A DNA stretch of 64,000 bases from an uncultured Ruminiclostridium sp. (GTDB taxonomy: Bacteria; Bacillota; Clostridia; DSM-8532): contig CAYMAE010000001.1 of NCBI GenBank assembly GCA_964388375.1, positions 20,119-84,118 of the forward strand. Reading direction: 5' to 3'. Made by a program: the position numbers and the translations under genes. Below, in pieces: positions 1-9,363 of this stretch (position 1 is its first letter; each line of letters starts with the position of its first letter). The notes under the pieces are model-generated. The model did not search any database. It was not told where the DNA came from and was given only the letters and a program-made list of their open reading frames with translations.

Positions 1-695
1 GCCCAGTCAAATTTACCGCCGTCAATAACTACACCGGCAATTACAGTCCCATGGCCACCTATGAATTTTGATGCTGAATGCACTACAATATCAGCACCAT
101 GCTCAATTGGCCTCAAAATATAGGGTGTAGCAAAAGTACTATCCGCGATTAATGGAATCCCATTTTTGTGAGCAACTACAGCAACCTTATCAATATCTAT
201 AATGTCGCAATTAGGGTTGCCAAGAGCTTCTATATATATGGCTTTGGTATTAGGCTTTATAGCGCTTTCAAAATTAGCTATATTACTGCCCTCAACAAAA
301 GAGGTTTCAATTCCTATCTCCTTAAAGGTGTTGGCAAAAAGATTGAATGTTCCCCCATATATTTTGGTTGACGAAACAATATGATCCCCTGCTGATGCTA
401 TATTTCGTATGGCATAGTCTATGGCAGCGGCACCAGATGATGTAGCTAAAGCTCCTATTCCACCTTCTAAGGCAGCTATCCTTTTTTCAAAAACATCTGA
501 GGTAGGGTTCATTATTCTTGTGTAAATATTTCCAGGCTCGCTCAAAGCAAACCGTCCTGATGCCTGCGCACTATCTTTAAATACATAAGCAGTTGTGGCA
601 TAAATAGGTACAGCCCTAGAATCGGTAGCACTGTCAGGTTTTTCTTGACCTACATGAACTTGCATTGTTTCAAATTTATAATTTCTATTTGACAT
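1..695 (-). CDS. metY: O-acetylhomoserine sulfhydrylase-type PLP enzyme (Cys/Met metabolism family); C-terminus lies beyond the window start
   Basis: The minus-strand frame is open from base 1 to the ATG at 693-695. It is missing from the ORF track because there is no stop inside the window. My translation [39 protein letters not shown]...[12 protein letters not shown] shows the family N-terminus and the SxSK PLP-lysine motif. SD GAGAGGA lies about 9 nt upstream. Confidence 0.8.
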   Translation of the reverse strand, partial: MSNRNYKFETMQVHVGQEKPDSATDSRAVPIYATTAYVFKDSAQASGRFALSEPGNIYTRIMNPTSDVFEKRIAALEGGIGALATSSGAAAIDYAIRNIASAGDHIVSSTKIYGGTFNLFANTFKEIGIETSFVEGSNIANFESAIKPNTKAIYIEALGNPNCDIIDIDKVAVVAHKNGIPLIADSTFATPYILRPIEHGADIVVHSASKFIGGHGTVIAGVVIDGGKFDW

Positions 696-855
696 GTTAA
701 AAAATCCTCTCAATTACTATTTCTAAAATTTCTTAACAGGTCCACATTCGGCCATTTCTAAAGTTTTGCCTAAGCAAATCTTCAAATAATCGTAGCATAT
801 AACACACTCTCTTAATCTAATAATATAATTCATACTGGAATGATATTAATTAAAG

Positions 856-884
856 ACTATATAGAATTTACCTTGAGTTGTCAA
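856..884 (-). promoter_or_regulatory. sigma-A type promoter for the sulfhydrylase gene (TTGACA-N17-TATAGT)
   Basis: On the minus strand, TTGACA (884-879), a 17-nt spacer and TATAGT (861-856). It sits 13 nt after the deoC stop and implies a leader of about 155 nt. Confidence 0.5.
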
Positions 885-896
885 TAAAAACCTATT

Positions 897-1586
897 TTAA
901 TATGTGTTCTGTGATTGTCCTTCGCCTTTAACCAATACAGGTGTAGTTGAAGATCCTACGCCTAGTCTTTCACAGCCCAAATCAATATAATGTCGTGCTG
1001 TTTCTATATCCCTTATTCCTCCGGAAGCCTTTATCTTTATACGGCCATCAGCAGCTTGCAGCATGGCATTCACCGCTTCTACCGATGCACCAGAACTATG
1101 GAAACCCGTAGAAGTTTTTACATAATCAGCTCCCGCTTCTATACAAAGCTCGGTAGTCTTTTTTATCTCTTCAACCGTTAGGGTACAGGTTTCAAAGATA
1201 ACCTTTAACAAAACTCCAGCCTTTTTAGTAACATTTGATACCGCGCGAATATCCTCTAATACTAAATCCCATAGCTTTGATTTAATATATCCATAATTGG
1301 CCACCATATCTATTTCTGACACGCCTTTTTGGATATATTGGGCAGCCTCGAAGGCCTTTACTTCGCTAATGGTACAGCCATGAGGAAATGCTAGAACACA
1401 AGAGACTTCTGTTTGAGTTCCCTTGCATAGATTAACAGCCAAGTCAATATCACATGGCCTAACACAAACAGTTTTAACTGAATAATTAATGCCATCTATA
1501 ATAGCTTTTCTAGCTTCTTCCTGAGACATTTCAGGTTTCAGTACAGCATGGTCAATATAACGAGCTATGTTCTTGTTCTTATTCAT
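897..1586 (-). CDS. deoC: deoxyribose-phosphate aldolase
   Basis: 229 aa. N-terminus IDHAVLKPE and a C-terminal KASGGIR Schiff-base lysine context typical of DeoC. SD GGGGGGA 7 nt upstream of the ATG. Confidence 0.9.
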   Translation of the reverse strand: MNKNKNIARYIDHAVLKPEMSQEEARKAIIDGINYSVKTVCVRPCDIDLAVNLCKGTQTEVSCVLAFPHGCTISEVKAFEAAQYIQKGVSEIDMVANYGYIKSKLWDLVLEDIRAVSNVTKKAGVLLKVIFETCTLTVEEIKKTTELCIEAGADYVKTSTGFHSSGASVEAVNAMLQAADGRIKIKASGGIRDIETARHYIDLGCERLGVGSSTTPVLVKGEGQSQNTY

Positions 1587-1716
1587 GTGCTTGTCCCCCC
1601 TGATGATTAATAATAGTACATTTCAATCAAGTAATCATATCCTTAGTATAGGCTTTAAATATTCATATTGTCAATTAGTTGTAAGGGTTGCATAAATGGC
1701 AACTTAATAGCCTTAC

Positions 1717-2910
1717 TCACACAACTATCTGCCCTGTATCTAAGCTTACATAAACCAACCAGTAACCTGTCATTTCCCGTATTTCACTATCTTCAATAGG
1801 CGCCCAACGACAAGCATTTTCAAATGGTTTATTATCATTTTCGTTTTTTGCCGGAACCCCTATGACATAATAATTGCCATTCATATCTCCCTTGTAAATC
1901 CCTGCTAAGATATGCTTAAACTTAAATAATCCAACTAATATTTTAGGATTTGCAAAAAGCGGGACATTAATACCCGACATGTACATAATATTACTTAGCT
2001 GTGAAAGGTCCGATACTTTATACCATAGATAGCCTTTATTGGGTCGTTTAAACGGATGATAAACCGAAAAGTTATTTGCCAGCATACCCTCTAGCTTCGC
2101 TAAATTCGAAATAGCGTTCGTTTTACGATTGTCATTTGATTTTCTTGATGTACCTCCTCGAGATCTATAAGCTCTAGTATCGGTCTCATCTGGTGTTTTA
2201 AAACTATTGCTATCACTTTCATTAGATGATTGACGTGAAATATTGCCAGGTCCATCTGTTGCTTTAGAGTCTTTATTAGCATCTAAGAACGATTGTCCTA
2301 ATAATTCTGACAATACTTCTTTACTATCAGCTTTTGGTGCCATCTGAGATTTCTCAGATTCCATCTTAATGGCTTCATCTGTAGGGCGTAAATTATCCTG
2401 CATTTTAGTATCAGTATTTACACTTGAAGTATAAACGCTTTTCAAGCTAAAAGGCTCATCAGTAGACTCTTTTTTCGGCTCCTCAAGGATACTCATAATA
2501 AGAATCTGCCTAATGCTTTCATCCCATTTACTGCCCTTTTCAAAACTCGAAAACAAGGGTATCCACTTTTTGTTTTGACTTTCTGCCGTTAGTGCGGCAT
2601 ATCTTACAAAATCAGGTCTTAAATCATTATCAATCAATGTTTGTGCATCTATCTCTAAACCGCCTTGCATTCCACTATATGAAGTGTTTACATCGCCTAA
2701 CAGAAGAGGTTTGAGCCTCCCTCTGTTGGTGAAAATTAAATATAGTCTATACTTGAACGGACCTTGCTTAAGTCCTTTTACATGTATAGTTGCTTGAATC
2801 CTACCCTCCCAAGAGTCAAGACGAATAAAGGCCTCAGGGGTACTCCCAGCACCAAAACCTCCATCAAGCTCCTCCATTATCGCATATTTCCTTGCAAAAC
2901 CGGCCTGCAT
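1717..2910 (-). CDS. hypothetical two-domain protein with a long Ser/Thr/Asp/Lys-rich linker
   Basis: 397-aa ORF with SD GGGGGTG 5 nt upstream of the ATG. An N-terminal globular part of about 140 aa is followed by a low-complexity stretch of about 130 aa and a C-terminal domain of about 120 aa rich in W/Y/F. I recognise no motif. Confidence 0.7.
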   Translation of the reverse strand: MQAGFARKYAIMEELDGGFGAGSTPEAFIRLDSWEGRIQATIHVKGLKQGPFKYRLYLIFTNRGRLKPLLLGDVNTSYSGMQGGLEIDAQTLIDNDLRPDFVRYAALTAESQNKKWIPLFSSFEKGSKWDESIRQILIMSILEEPKKESTDEPFSLKSVYTSSVNTDTKMQDNLRPTDEAIKMESEKSQMAPKADSKEVLSELLGQSFLDANKDSKATDGPGNISRQSSNESDSNSFKTPDETDTRAYRSRGGTSRKSNDNRKTNAISNLAKLEGMLANNFSVYHPFKRPNKGYLWYKVSDLSQLSNIMYMSGINVPLFANPKILVGLFKFKHILAGIYKGDMNGNYYVIGVPAKNENDNKPFENACRWAPIEDSEIREMTGYWLVYVSLDTGQIVV

Positions 2911-3090
2911 AATAGCACCCCCAAAAACTTTCTCTTAAATATATACTCAATTACCAGGCCTGATATAACATTTCCTAAATATTTTAAGGCAATTAAGAGG
3001 GCGCATCATTACTATCTAATTTACTAATTTGTAAGATGATATGAAGACTTTGTGTAAGAAAGTGGTCAAGTGAAAACGATTGGATTGGTC

Positions 3091-3924
3091 TTAAGAGAGC
3101 TCTTTAACAAGGTCTGCGAAATCTTCTATCGTAAGTTCCTCTGCTCGGATATTTTCATTCTTTTCAAGCTTAATTAAGACTTGACGCAAATTGGCTTTCC
3201 CGCCTGCGAGCCACGGCTGCGAGCCAAGCGAGTTTAACAGCGTCTTGCGTCTTTGGCTAAAGGAGGCTCTAACCACTTTGAAAAAGAAATTTTTATCGAT
3301 ATTCTGCAGATAAGCTAAATCACGTTTTTTTAATCTTACAATGGCCGAATCCACATCAGGCTTTGGAATAAAGCAGTTCTTTGATACGGTAAACATTAGC
3401 TTAGGGTCGCTATAGTAACGCACTGCGATAGACAGAGAACTGTAATTCTTGGTAGATGGAGTTCCTGCCATTCTTTGGGCTACTTCCTTTTGAACCATGA
3501 ATACCAATGTGTCCCATGGGATATCCCCTTCCAAAAGCATCATGACAATTGGCGTAGTGATGTAATATGGTAGGTTGGAAACTACCTTAAGTGGCCCTGT
3601 CCAACCCTTTATAAGTTCAGCAATATCGGCCTTCATAATGTCGGCATTTACAATTGCTATATTTGAATAGTCGGCCAGTGTATCTTTAAGAGCAGGTATA
3701 AGGTTTTTATCAATTTCTACTCCAATTACCTTGCCTGCTGATTTTGCTAGTTCGGCAGTCATGGCGCCAATTCCAGGCCCGATTTCCACAACCAAATCAG
3801 AGGGCGATACCTCCCCAGCTTCAACAATCTTTTTGATTATATTAATATCGGTAAGAAAGTTCTGCCCTAAGGATTTCGTAAGTCTTATATTGTGCCTTTT
3901 AAGGATTTCATTTGTGTTTATCAT
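3091..3924 (-). CDS. rsmA: 16S rRNA (adenine1518/1519-N6)-dimethyltransferase
   Basis: 277 aa. KSLGQNFL N-terminal motif, SAM-binding EIGPGIGAMT and NLPYYI motif, all diagnostic of KsgA/RsmA. Confidence 0.95.
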   Translation of the reverse strand: MINTNEILKRHNIRLTKSLGQNFLTDINIIKKIVEAGEVSPSDLVVEIGPGIGAMTAELAKSAGKVIGVEIDKNLIPALKDTLADYSNIAIVNADIMKADIAELIKGWTGPLKVVSNLPYYITTPIVMMLLEGDIPWDTLVFMVQKEVAQRMAGTPSTKNYSSLSIAVRYYSDPKLMFTVSKNCFIPKPDVDSAIVRLKKRDLAYLQNIDKNFFFKVVRASFSQRRKTLLNSLGSQPWLAGGKANLRQVLIKLEKNENIRAEELTIEDFADLVKELS

Positions 3925-4025
3925 ATTTCACCCATATGCTTTTCGTTTTTGCCACTAAAAGAATGATACTATAATTTAATTAAAAAAAGGCGGTTATTAC
4001 CGCCCTAAATTTCCTATTCCGATAA

Positions 4026-5129
4026 TCATCTGCATGGACTATCGTTTTCTTTCCAGCGACTATCATTTTGTTCGTTCAAAATATATACAATAACTTTTCT
4101 TTTTCCCCATCGACTTACTCGTTCAGCTGAATCGAAATATAAATCAATTAAATTACCTTTTATTGCACTTCCTATGTCTGCAGCTATTGCAAATCCATAG
4201 TCTGGTGCTGGGCCAGGAATCTCAACATAAACCTTAGTACCTAGAGGTATGACCCTTGGATCAACAGCAATCATGCCTTCTCGCACCTTCATACCTGTAT
4301 AAGTAATACCGAATGCCGGATGATCAGGGTGCTTCCCTGTATCGGCAAAGGATGCTGTATAGGATGTTGCATTCATGTTTAATATTTTGGAGTATCTGAC
4401 TACGTCACCTCTTGAACTATTAAAATTCATGACTGTTCCGTACTCAACTACCTGATCCACCGGGCTTTTTACAATACTCTCACTAACATAGAGCTTCTCG
4501 GTGGGCCTACCATCCTCATAAAGTATTTTATAATACTTTTCTTTTATGCCGTTTTCACCGGATACAACGGCCTTGTTGTCACCTTCACTCATACTATCAT
4601 TAGGCTTCTGGACAACATCATAAGGTATATCTATCTCTTCGGTGATTATTTCCTCATTTACGCGAACTATTCGAATTTTCATGTCTTCAACAACTTCGCT
4701 CGACTCAGAAACACCTTCGAATCGGTCTAATTTTCCTAATGTAATACCATTTTCTTCTATTACTTCCTCAACAGTGTCCTTATAGGACCAAACTTCCCTA
4801 AGCTCTCCATCGACAACAATGTTAACTGGTACTGCTCGTTTAATATTAATGACATTCATAATATCTGCTTCAAGAGTAGTATCCAACGGCAAACTGATGT
4901 AGTCATCAGGACTAATGGATATATCCATCAGACCTAAAGCCTGTTCAACAGTACGCCCCATTGTTTTTACGGTTATTGGCTTGCCATTATCAATTACTTG
5001 AACTTCGTTGCTAGAAACATCGTACAATTTAACACCTGCAGTCACAGCAAATGCCGATAAAATCAATAGCATAGCCAATCGCTTTAGGGGAAATTCATGT
5101 TTGATGAAAGCAAAATATAGTCTTTTCAT
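4026..5129 (-). CDS. YabE-like cell-wall protein (DUF348 repeats, G5 domain, C-terminal 3D/RlpA-like domain)
   Basis: 367 aa with an N-terminal membrane anchor, repeated V..DG....V modules, a G5-like middle region and a C-terminal ATSYTA...GIAVDPRVIPLGT...D.G.AIKGN.IDLYF 3D-domain signature. The position next to rsmA/tatD/metG matches B. subtilis yabE synteny. Confidence 0.8.
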   Translation of the reverse strand: MKRLYFAFIKHEFPLKRLAMLLILSAFAVTAGVKLYDVSSNEVQVIDNGKPITVKTMGRTVEQALGLMDISISPDDYISLPLDTTLEADIMNVINIKRAVPVNIVVDGELREVWSYKDTVEEVIEENGITLGKLDRFEGVSESSEVVEDMKIRIVRVNEEIITEEIDIPYDVVQKPNDSMSEGDNKAVVSGENGIKEKYYKILYEDGRPTEKLYVSESIVKSPVDQVVEYGTVMNFNSSRGDVVRYSKILNMNATSYTASFADTGKHPDHPAFGITYTGMKVREGMIAVDPRVIPLGTKVYVEIPGPAPDYGFAIAADIGSAIKGNLIDLYFDSAERVSRWGKRKVIVYILNEQNDSRWKENDSPCR

Positions 5130-5303
5130 TCAAACTCTCTCTCCTTATATATATTAGAATTAGGCATTTTTCTCTTTCTCTTTGCCTTTATCTATATGTA
5201 TCTTAATCAAAGCATAATAGCTGTACTTTATATGGGATAAATTCCCTTTCGGTTTTATTGTTTTGCAAGGCTTATATATTTTATATCAGTATTTAGTTTT
5301 CTG

Positions 5304-6032
5304 TCAAGGGTTGGCAATATTTTTAGTATCAATATACAGAATTAGCCAGGTTTTTGATAAGGAATTGTAACTAAATCCTATCTCTAAAGAATTAATACCC
5401 TGACTTAGTTCAGTAATATCTTCTTTTGAATTGTCTTTAATCTTAACATTTGCAACGACTAGTGCTTCAACAATCTGAGGCTCTCCACCTTCAATTATAA
5501 CAAAGGGCTCCTCTTCATCTTGAGCTTCTTTTATCATCCCTATATATTCTATGGCTGAAATGAATTCTATATAATCCTCCTCGACGTATTTCCTACCCCA
5601 GAAGGTAAATTCGCTATCGAGAAACGATAAGGACTGCTCATGTTCATTTCCAGTTATACTAGAAAACCAAGCCTCTGTAAGTTCTATTAAATCATCGGTT
5701 AAAAAGCCTTTATATAAATCTAGCGCATCTTTTTGATCCAACAATCTTTTTTGATTTATAATCTGCTCCTGACGCAATGAACGAGACTCTTCCTCCATGC
5801 TTCTGATTCTGGCCCTCTGTTCTTCAGCAGTTCTTTGCAATTTGAAAACAGAAGTCTCGAGTTCTTCAACCGTAGTGCTGAGTATTCGATTTTGTCCCCT
5901 CAGCCAGTCCTGCTCAATCTTATCAGTCTCTCTTTGCTTTTGCAGATTTTCCTTGTCCCATACTAGATAATTCAGCATGAAAAATGCAAATAGAACTATG
6001 ACCGAGATGATGACTATCACAAACTTCTTCAT
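5304..6032 (-). CDS. hypothetical membrane-anchored coiled-coil protein
   Basis: 242 aa with SD GGAGGTG 4 nt upstream. One N-terminal TM helix (FVIVIISVIVLFAFFMLNYLVW), then a charged heptad-like region (residues about 30-100) and an acidic C-terminal domain. Confidence 0.65.
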   Translation of the reverse strand: MKKFVIVIISVIVLFAFFMLNYLVWDKENLQKQRETDKIEQDWLRGQNRILSTTVEELETSVFKLQRTAEEQRARIRSMEEESRSLRQEQIINQKRLLDQKDALDLYKGFLTDDLIELTEAWFSSITGNEHEQSLSFLDSEFTFWGRKYVEEDYIEFISAIEYIGMIKEAQDEEEPFVIIEGGEPQIVEALVVANVKIKDNSKEDITELSQGINSLEIGFSYNSLSKTWLILYIDTKNIANP

Positions 6033-6060
6033 GGAGCACCTCCAGATTCAAGTAATAGCA

Positions 6061-6822
6061 TTACAGCTTAAAAAGATTTATTGCGTTAATCCCTGTTTGG
6101 CTTTCAGCCAAAGAATACTCTATTTGTTTAATCTCAGAGACTTTTTCTAATACATACTTGATTAGGCCGGACCAATTTCTTTTGCCTCTAAATGGCACTG
6201 GGGACATATAAGGGCAATCTGTTTCCACTAGTAACAGATCAAGAGGTACATACTCCACAACTTCTATGGGCTTTTTTGCATTCTTAAAAGTAAGAGCACC
6301 ACCAATCCCAATTTTAAAGCCTAGATTTAATACCTCTCGTGCCATTTCCTTAGAGCCTGAAAAACAGTGGAATACTCCACCTACTTCTCTTGCATTCTCA
6401 CTTTTAATAATATCTAAAATATCCTTGTGGGATTCTCTGTCATGTATGATAATTGGTAGTCTTAACTCTCGGGCAAGAGCGATTTGCTTGGCAAACCACT
6501 CCCTTTGAACTTCTCTAGGTGAAAAATCGTAGTGATAATCTAGCCCTATTTCCCCAATAGCTACTACCTTTTCCTCTTTTGACAAAACACTTAGCTTGTC
6601 GATAGCGTTGGATTCAGCCTCTGCTACATCATGAGGATGAACACCAACTGCAGCATAAATATAGGAGTATTTTTTAGCAAGCTCTATCGATTTTTGGGAA
6701 CTACTAACATTACTTCCTGCATTGATTATGTGTGTAACTCCGTTTTCAAGGCAATCTTGTAAAACTTTATCCCTGTCTAAATCAAATTTCGAGTCATCGT
6801 AATGGGCATGTGAGTCTATCAC
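6061..6822 (-). CDS. TatD-family metal-dependent hydrolase/DNase (YabD-like)
   Basis: 253 aa with a GTG start and SD AAAGGAGA 8 nt upstream. N-terminal IDSHAHYD, then GEIGLDYHY and a C-terminal ETDCPY, the TatD motifs. Confidence 0.9.
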   Translation of the reverse strand: MIDSHAHYDDSKFDLDRDKVLQDCLENGVTHIINAGSNVSSSQKSIELAKKYSYIYAAVGVHPHDVAEAESNAIDKLSVLSKEEKVVAIGEIGLDYHYDFSPREVQREWFAKQIALARELRLPIIIHDRESHKDILDIIKSENAREVGGVFHCFSGSKEMAREVLNLGFKIGIGGALTFKNAKKPIEVVEYVPLDLLLVETDCPYMSPVPFRGKRNWSGLIKYVLEKVSEIKQIEYSLAESQTGINAINLFKL

Positions 6823-6885
6823 TATAAATATCTCCTTTCTTATCCCTTCTCAAGCATGTCATATCTGCTAAAGTAGGTTAAATCG

Positions 6886-8877
6886 TCAACTTACCTTCGC
6901 TCCATCAGGGATGTCTTGGTCAACCGTTAACAGCACAAGGCTTTGCTCATGGGTTGCTGCCAAAATCATGCCTTGGCTTTCTACTCCACGAAGCTTAGCT
7001 GGCTTAAGATTAGCCAGAAATATTAATTTCTTTCCTATAATGGACTCGGGTGAATAATACTCTGCAATTCCCGATACAACTTGCTTTTCTTCTTCACCGC
7101 ACTTTAATTTAAGCTTAAGCAGTTTATCGCTCTTTTCTACCTTTTGGCAGTCTAATACCTTAACAACTTTTAAATCAATTTTTGCAAAGTCGTCTATGCC
7201 TATTATAGCTATACCCTCAGGTTTTTCAGAGTTATCAGATTTCTCTTCCTTTTTCTTCTTACCACAGTTATCACCCTTCTTCTTATCAGTCTCTGGGTTT
7301 TTGGAATTAGGCGTGATAGCCTCTAAGGCCTTCATTTCAGCCTTCATATCTATTCGTGGGAAAATAATCCGTCCTGAGACTACAGGTGATTCCTGATTAT
7401 ATATACCCCATTCTCCAGAGCTTTCCCAAGCTGTCTGATCATTAGGAATTCCTAGCTGTTCCCATATTTTTATAGGAGTCTCAGGCATAAAGGGCTGAAT
7501 CAAAATAGAAATAATACGAATACTTTCTGCCAGATTATACAGAACCTGAGCTAAGCGAGGGTTATTTTCCTCTTTCTTAGCTAATGCCCATGGCATAGTT
7601 TCATCAATATATTTATTAGTACGAGATACCGCCTTCCATATCTCAGTTAATGCGCTGCTAAACTGGAGCTTGTCCAGATACTCCTCAACTTTAGCCTTAG
7701 TATTTACCACCAAACTTCTGAGCTCTTGATCAAATTCGCCGCCTTCTCTTTCTTGTGGTAAAACACCATTAAAATACTTTGTAATCATGGCAACGGTGCG
7801 GCTTACTAGATTACCCAAATCATTCGCTAAATCTGAATTAATACGGTTTATAAGCGCCTCGTTTGAAAATACTCCGTCAGATCCAAATGGAACTTCCCTT
7901 AATAGAAAGTATCGAACAGCATCTAGTCCATACTTCTCAATTAATACTACAGGATCTACCACATTGCCTTTAGATTTTGACATTTTCCCGCCTTCAAGAA
8001 CCAGCCATCCATGGCCAAAAATTTGTTTTGGAAGTGGTAAATCTAATGCCATAAGCATTGCAGGCCAAATTATTGTATGGAATCTAACTATTTCTTTGCC
8101 AACCAAATGGACATCAGCAGGCCAGAATTTTTGGTACAACTCATCATTCTCGGTTAGATATCCTAACGCTGTGATGTAGTTAGAAAGGGCATCAATCCAT
8201 ACATAAACAACATGATTTTCATCAAAGGTTACAGGTATACCCCAATTAAAAGAGGTACGCGAAACACATAGATCCTCAAGGCCTGGCCTTAAGAAATTAT
8301 TAAGCATCTCATTTCTACGCGATGTGGGCTGAATAAACTCAGGATTCTCCTCCAAGAGCTTTATAAGCCTATCCTGATATTTAGATATTCTAAAGAAATA
8401 GCTTTCCTCTTTGGTCATCTCTACGGGTCTATCACAATCGGGACATTTGCCATCCTTTAGCTGGGTTTCAGTCCAGAACGACTCGCATGGAGTACAATAC
8501 CAGCCCTCATATTCGCTCTTATAAATATCCCCTTTATCATAAAGGGCTTTAAATATCTTTTGAACAGCAACTACGTGCTCTTTATCTGTAGTCCTAATAA
8601 ACTTATCGTTAGTTATTTTCATGAGGCTCCACAGGTTCTTAATCCCAGCCACAATATTATCAACATATTCTTGCGGAGTAACACCTTGTTCTTGAGCTAT
8701 TCTCTGAATTTTTTGCCCATGCTCATCAGTCCCTGTCAAAAACATGACATCATAACCCTGAAGCCTTTTATATCTAGCCATTGCATCTGCTGCAACAGTT
8801 GTATATGAATGTCCAATATGAAGCTTTCCGCTTGGATAGTAAATCGGGGTGGTAATATAGAACGTCTTCTTACTCAC
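6886..8877 (-). CDS. metG: methionine--tRNA ligase with a C-terminal tRNA-binding (EMAP/Trbp111-like) domain
   Basis: 663 aa with a GTG start and SD GGAGGG 9 nt upstream. HIGH-type motif (GKLHIGH), KMSKS present, CxxC...CxxC knuckle, a Lys/Glu-rich linker, then a tRNA-binding domain (KIDLKVVKV...GVESQGMILAA). Confidence 0.95.
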   Translation of the reverse strand: MSKKTFYITTPIYYPSGKLHIGHSYTTVAADAMARYKRLQGYDVMFLTGTDEHGQKIQRIAQEQGVTPQEYVDNIVAGIKNLWSLMKITNDKFIRTTDKEHVVAVQKIFKALYDKGDIYKSEYEGWYCTPCESFWTETQLKDGKCPDCDRPVEMTKEESYFFRISKYQDRLIKLLEENPEFIQPTSRRNEMLNNFLRPGLEDLCVSRTSFNWGIPVTFDENHVVYVWIDALSNYITALGYLTENDELYQKFWPADVHLVGKEIVRFHTIIWPAMLMALDLPLPKQIFGHGWLVLEGGKMSKSKGNVVDPVVLIEKYGLDAVRYFLLREVPFGSDGVFSNEALINRINSDLANDLGNLVSRTVAMITKYFNGVLPQEREGGEFDQELRSLVVNTKAKVEEYLDKLQFSSALTEIWKAVSRTNKYIDETMPWALAKKEENNPRLAQVLYNLAESIRIISILIQPFMPETPIKIWEQLGIPNDQTAWESSGEWGIYNQESPVVSGRIIFPRIDMKAEMKALEAITPNSKNPETDKKKGDNCGKKKKEEKSDNSEKPEGIAIIGIDDFAKIDLKVVKVLDCQKVEKSDKLLKLKLKCGEEEKQVVSGIAEYYSPESIIGKKLIFLANLKPAKLRGVESQGMILAATHEQSLVLLTVDQDIPDGAKVS

Positions 8878-8956
8878 AGTAATGGTCCCTCCAAAAATTT
8901 AAAGTATAAGTATAATAAAATTTAAATCATTATTAATTATTGTTTCTATTATTTGA

Positions 8957-8984
8957 ATTATACCATAAGTTAAATGCATGGCAA
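8957..8984 (-). promoter_or_regulatory. metG promoter (TTGCCA-N16-TGGTATAAT, extended -10)
   Basis: On the minus strand, TTGCCA (8984-8979), 16 nt, and TATAAT (8962-8957) preceded by TGG. About 75 nt upstream of the metG GTG. Confidence 0.55.
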
Positions 8985-9052
8985 TAATTTGAGCTGGCTA
9001 GTTGGTGTCAAGTACTCGTGGGCAATTTATTTGTTTTTCCGATAGTTAGAAT

Positions 9053-9316
9053 TTACCAGTACTTTAATAGCCTATTTTGTGCTTTGATTTCCGCATTTAT
9101 TCCACGGTCCCATTGCCAATGAGCCTTCGCGGCATAAACGCTATTTTATCTATAAACCATTTCACTAAATGCTTTTAGATTGCCTTTCTCCCATTTGTAA
9201 CCTTGCAGTGCAAAAATGGTAATTGCCTTACGGATTACACTCTTAGAAAGATGTTTTAGATGAAGGTTCTGAACGTGCACCAAGTCGTTGAAACTCGAGA
9301 CGAGATAAAGGAATCT
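9053..9316 (-). pseudogene. stop-interrupted ORF remnant of unknown origin
   Basis: A single minus-strand frame reads RFLYLVSSFNDLVHVQNLHLKHLSKSVIRKAITIFALQGYKWEKGNLKAFSEMVYR*NSVYAAKAHWQWDRGINAEIKAQNRLLKYW*. There is an in-frame TAA at 9146-9148 and no start codon or SD. Confidence 0.3.
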
Positions 9317-9363
9317 TTATTCTCGTTATAGATGGTACTTGCAAAGGTTGACGTAATTTTGAA

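Noticed and set aside
168-384. Two overlapping plus-strand ORFs (67 and 60 aa)
   Set aside because: They are antisense to the truncated but clearly genuine PLP-enzyme gene on the minus strand.
8878-9363. T-box riboswitch upstream of metG
   Set aside because: A GGGACCGTGG string looked vaguely T-box-like. However, there is no AGAGA/GNUGA stem I, no specifier context and no terminator/antiterminator pair. In addition, a good promoter sits only about 75 nt from the start codon, downstream of that string.
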